NCBI GenBank assembly: GCA_965261595.1
Contig: CBDHDG010000007.1
Location: 128,001-192,000, forward strand
Reading direction: 5' to 3'
Length of the DNA: 64,000 bases
From: a bacterium
GTDB lineage: Bacteria > UBA8248 > JACPRG01 > G963555815
Within the stretch, counting starts at the first letter, position 1. Each line of letters begins with the position of its first letter. Below the pieces are notes generated by a model that searched no databases, was not told the origin of the DNA, and saw only the letters and a program-made list of their open reading frames with translations. Both the position numbers and the translations under genes were made by a program. This document shows, in pieces, positions 59,888 to 64,000 of this stretch.

Positions 59888-60185
59888 AAAAGTATGATTC
59901 AAACCCAAAGGAGGAAAGGAATAAGAATCAATGGGTTTTGGATTTCGTGGGAGCAAAAACAGGAAAGATCACTTAGACGGGCCGGAACCGGGGAAAAGCG
60001 CTTCTTCCCGGTCCCTGGATTGAATGACAAGTCGAGATTCCTCTGTCGGGGCTTAACTCAGATTTCTCACCCATCCCCCCCTGAGCCAATTCCACCTTGC
60101 ATGAGCCCGCGCTCTCTGGCACCTTGGTGTGAAGACCCGCCGCGAAAGGCGTGGCGACGGCCGCCCCGGAAAAGGAGAATCCTTC

Positions 60186-61556
60186 ATGCCGTTCGATGAC
60201 CCCCGGGATTTCCTGGAATATCTCGAAGAACGGAACGACCTCCTCCGCATCTCCGAAGAGGTGGATCCGAAGTTCGGAATCTCCGCCTACATCCGAAAGA
60301 CCTCGGACCAGCAGGGGCCCGCCCTCCTCTTCGAGAATGTCAAAGGACACGACACGGCGGTCGTCGGGGGAATCTTCGCCTCCCGGCGCCGGGTCCTCAT
60401 GGCCCTGGAAGCCAATCCCGAGAACATTTACGAACGGTTCGACCACGGGGTGTGCAACCCCATCCCCACACGCCTCGTCGAGACGGGTCCCTGCAAGGAA
60501 GTGATCTGGAAGGGGGACGAGGTGGACCTCACCCGCCTGCCCATCCCCACCTACGCCGAAAAGGACGGGGGTGCCTTCATCACGCACGGAATCCAGATCA
60601 GCAAGGACCCGGAGGACGGCTCCAAGAACGCCTCGATCTACCGGATGCAGCTCCACGGAAAACGCGAGCTGGGCGTCTACCCCTCGGGATACCAGGACCT
60701 TTCCCGCCAATACGTCAAGGCGGAGGCCATGGACAAGCCCCTGGAAATCGCCGTGGCTTTGGGATGCGACCCGGCGGTGATGCTTGCCACGCAGGTGGCG
60801 GCCGCTTACGGGGAGGATGAATTGGCGATCGCCGGCGGGCTGAAGGGCAAGCCCGTGGACGTGGTGAAGTGCGAGACCGTGGACCTGGAGGCGCCCGCGA
60901 CGACGGAGATCGTCATCGAGGGCGTGATCCCGCCCCATCGCAGGGAGCACGAAGGCCCCTTCGCCGAATACTCCGGCTATTACGGCCCGGCGTCGATGCA
61001 GCCGGTGGTCGAGGTGACGGCCGTCACCCACCGGCGGAACCCGATCTTCCACGCCGGCCTGACCGGACGCCCCATGACCGAGAACCACTTCCTTCAGCAG
61101 ATCCCCGGCGAGACCACGATGCACCGGCAATTGAAATCGAATTTCCCGGGCCTGAAGGACGTTCACGTCACCGGTGCCGGATGCGCTACATTCATGGTCT
61201 TCATCAGCGTGGAGCAGACCTTTGCGGGAGAGGGCCGAAAGCTCCTGATGGCCGCCATCGCGGGCAAGAGACCCCTGAAGTGCGTCGTCGTGTGCGATGA
61301 AGACATCGATGTCTTCGACGATTCCCAGGTCCTGTGGGCCATCGCCACCCGGGCCCGGCCGGCGGAGGACATCGTCATCCTTCCCAAATTTCCCACGGCC
61401 AACCTGGACCCGTCCGTGCCAGAGGGAGAGCTGGGATCGGCGCTTGGGATCGACGCCACCCAGCCCTTCGGGGAGCCGTTCCCGGAGGTCCCCTTCCACC
61501 CGGGCCTGGACCGCGTTCCCGATCTTCTCGAGATGATGCGGCGGGTAGCGGGCTGA
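60186..61556 (+). CDS. UbiD-family prFMN-dependent (de)carboxylase
   Basis: PALLFENV, NASIYR, EIVIEG, EGPFAEYSGYY, DEDIDV, VLWAIATR. Confidence 0.93.
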   Translation: MPFDDPRDFLEYLEERNDLLRISEEVDPKFGISAYIRKTSDQQGPALLFENVKGHDTAVVGGIFASRRRVLMALEANPENIYERFDHGVCNPIPTRLVETGPCKEVIWKGDEVDLTRLPIPTYAEKDGGAFITHGIQISKDPEDGSKNASIYRMQLHGKRELGVYPSGYQDLSRQYVKAEAMDKPLEIAVALGCDPAVMLATQVAAAYGEDELAIAGGLKGKPVDVVKCETVDLEAPATTEIVIEGVIPPHRREHEGPFAEYSGYYGPASMQPVVEVTAVTHRRNPIFHAGLTGRPMTENHFLQQIPGETTMHRQLKSNFPGLKDVHVTGAGCATFMVFISVEQTFAGEGRKLLMAAIAGKRPLKCVVVCDEDIDVFDDSQVLWAIATRARPAEDIVILPKFPTANLDPSVPEGELGSALGIDATQPFGEPFPEVPFHPGLDRVPDLLEMMRRVAG

Positions 61557-61623
61557 CCCGGGAAGCGTTTCCGCCCGCTCCGGCCCGCCTCCCGGCCCCT
61601 CGCCGAGCCTTTAAGCGCCTGTC

Positions 61624-63681
61624 ATGAACCCAAAAGACCTCGAACGCATCCGGAACATCGGGATCATTTCCCACATCGACGCGGGAAAGACGACCGTCAC
61701 CGAGCGGATTCTGTTTTACACCGGCGCCATTCACCGGATGGGAGAGGTCCACGACGGGCTGGCCACGACCGACTGGATGCCCCAGGAGCGGGAGCGCGGG
61801 ATCACCATCACCGCCGCTTCCATCTCCACCCGCTGGCGGGAGCACACCATCAACATCATCGACACCCCGGGTCACGTCGATTTCACCATCGAGGTGGAGC
61901 GCAGCCTGCGCGTCCTGGACGGGGCCGTGGCGATCTTCAGCGCCGTGGACGGCGTGGAGCCGCAATCCGAGGTGGTCTGGCGGCAGGCGGATCGGCACGG
62001 CGTCCCCCGCATCGCCTTCGTCAACAAGATGGACCGCATCGGGGCCGACTTTGAAAACGTCTTGAAGGAAATCCGCGAAAAGCTGGGCGCGAAAGAGCTG
62101 GTTCTTCAACTTCCCTGGGGCGAGGAGGAGAATTTTCACGGCGTGATTGACCTGGTGGAGGAGCGCGCCCTCTCATGGGCCGCGGATGACCAGGGCGTCC
62201 ATTACGAAACGGTTGAAATTCCCGAAGAGCTCCGAAGCGCCGCGGCCTCTTCGCGCGAGGTCCTGCTCGAGGCGGTGGCCGAGGCGGACGAAGTCTTTTT
62301 GGAGAAATACCTGGCGGAAGGCGAGGGAGAGATCGAGCCGGAGGAGATCCGGCAGGCCATCAGGCGGATCACGATATCGGGCCGGGCGGTTCCCGTCCTG
62401 TGCGGCTCGGGCTTTCGAAACGTGGGTGTCCAGCCCCTGCTCGACGCGGTGGTGGACGCCCTGCCCTCCCCCGGCGACCTTCCGCCCGTTTCGGGCGTCA
62501 CTCCGGAGAGCGGATCCCCGGACTCCCGGGACAACACCCCCAACGCCCCTTTCTCCGCGTTGGCCTTCAAGATCATGACCGTCGAGGGCCGGCGCCTGAC
62601 GTATCTGCGGATCTACTCGGGCCGGTTGGCCGTCGGGGAGAAGGTCTACAACCCCGGCCGGGAGAAGGAGGAGCGCGCCGCGCGGATTTTTCAGATGTTT
62701 GCGGACAAGCGCTCCAGACTGGACGCCGCGGGCGCGGGAAGTATCGTCGCCGTCGCCGGGCTCAAGGAAACATTCACGGAGGACACCCTGTGCGACCCGA
62801 AGGACCCCATCCGGTACGGGTCGCTCGAATTTCCGGAGCCGGTGATCTACCTGGCGGTGGAGCTGCGCTCGGCGGCCGACGAAAAGAAACTCAACGAGTC
62901 TCTTCAGAAGCTCCGGGCGGAGGACCCGACGTTTCATGTCCGGGAAGACCCGGAAACCGGCCAAACCGTCTTGTCGGGAATGGGCGAGCTGCACCTGGAC
63001 GTGATCCTGCGGCGATTGAAAGAAGAGTTCAGCGTGGACTTGAGGGCGGGAACGCCCCGGGTGGTGTATCGAGAAACCCTGACGGTCCCGGCGGCCGGCG
63101 AGGGCGTGTTCGACCGGGAAGTGGGCGGCAAGTCCCTCTTCGCCCGGGTGGTGGTGCGCCTCGAGCCCAGGGAGCGGGGGGATGGGCTCGAGGTGGACGC
63201 CGCGCATCCGAACCTTCCGGCGGAAATCCGGCCGGCGGTCGAGCGGACGCTCTCGCAGGCGGCGGGGAGTGGTCCCATCGGGGGATACAAGCTGGTGGAT
63301 ATCGCCGCCCGGGTCGTTGACGCAACGTACGATGAAACACGGGCCTCGGAGACGGCCTTCTAAGCCGCGGCGGGGATGGGGTTCCAGTCGGCGGCGGCGG
63401 AGGCCTCCCCGGTGCTTCTGGATCCCTGGATGGGCGTCGAGATGGTCACCCCGGAAGAGTTCCTGGGCGGGATCATCAATGACATGAACGCTCGGAAGGG
63501 ACGGGTAAAAGGTGTATCCCTGCGGGGGAACGCGAAGGTCCTCCAGGCCCGCGTCCCGCTGGCGGACATGTTCGGTTACAGCACCGAGCTGCGCTCAGCC
63601 TCCGAGGGCCGGGCGACGTATTCGATGGAGTTTTCCCATTATGACGTGGTCGAACGAAGCCCGGCGTGGGAGCGGGGATAG
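61624..63681 (+). pseudogene. fusA: Elongation factor G paralog interrupted by in-frame TAA at 63361-63363
   Basis: [29 protein letters not shown]; frame continues after the stop as AAAGMGF...MFGYSTELRS..GRATYSMEFSHY. Confidence 0.85.
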
Positions 63682-64000
63682 GGAGGGGATTTATTTCAGA
63701 CAAGGGAATCACAGGGGTTTGAGATGAATCGGAAAAACGGTCGGAAGCGGGGTCCGCCGGTTGCCACCGGGCAGATGAGGCTGATACAATCTCGTCGATT
63801 CACCCTGGGAGCGCATCTTCATCCGGGTCGGACCCGGAAATGAAGACTTTGACTCACCCTATCCGTGGGAGGTTCATCTCCGATGGCCGCAAGCCGCTCT
63901 AAAACCCGGGCGCCCGTTGGTTCGGGCGAGACGCCGTTGCGCGATAACGGGCGCGAACCCTCTTCGGGTTTAGGGGAGACGCTTTCCCCGTCATCGATTG

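Noticed and set aside
15131..63681. Alternative genetic code explaining the internal stops
   Set aside because: TAG, TGA and TAA all occur internally, the two TAGs sit at positions expecting different residues (Gln, Trp), and all three codons end normal genes here (dxs TAG, folD TGA, tlyA TAA)
63860..64000. Structured RNA at the window end
   Set aside because: Equally consistent with a CDS start (GGAGG then ATG 63883, open to the edge); too truncated to call

Overview
High-GC bacterial chromosomal window. Gene content fits a Gram-negative lineage, possibly near Nitrospinota/Tectomicrobia or the deltaproteobacteria, but the sequence alone does not settle taxonomy. Housekeeping genes: folD-xseA-xseB-ispA-dxs-tlyA, addB-addA, rlmN-coaD-aspC, lexA, a LysM lytic transglycosylase, dnaN, sfsA, msrB, pgeF, glnA, a queD-like gene and fusA. 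These are interleaved with catabolic and transport genes: an ABC transporter, an MFS transporter, a DapA-like/LLM x2/SDR x2/PhtD-like operon, an amidase, a sulfatase, an acyl-CoA dehydrogenase and UbiD. I saw no rRNA, tRNA or CRISPR array. Highlights: (1) a self-contained ~190-nt minus-strand unit upstream of lexA, with a sigma70 promoter, a perfect 13-nt complement of the 16S 3' end, a 14-codon ORF, a hairpin and a terminator; (2) an actinobacterial-type GlnR regulator next to glnA, with five phased GlnR-like half-sites and a Fur-like box on its own promoter; (3) a composite, covarying multi-hairpin intergenic repeat; (4) five in-frame stops in four otherwise intact genes, all explicable as C:G>T:A transitions, plus long G/C homopolymers; (5) an AT-richer HipA-like kinase + HIRAN module.
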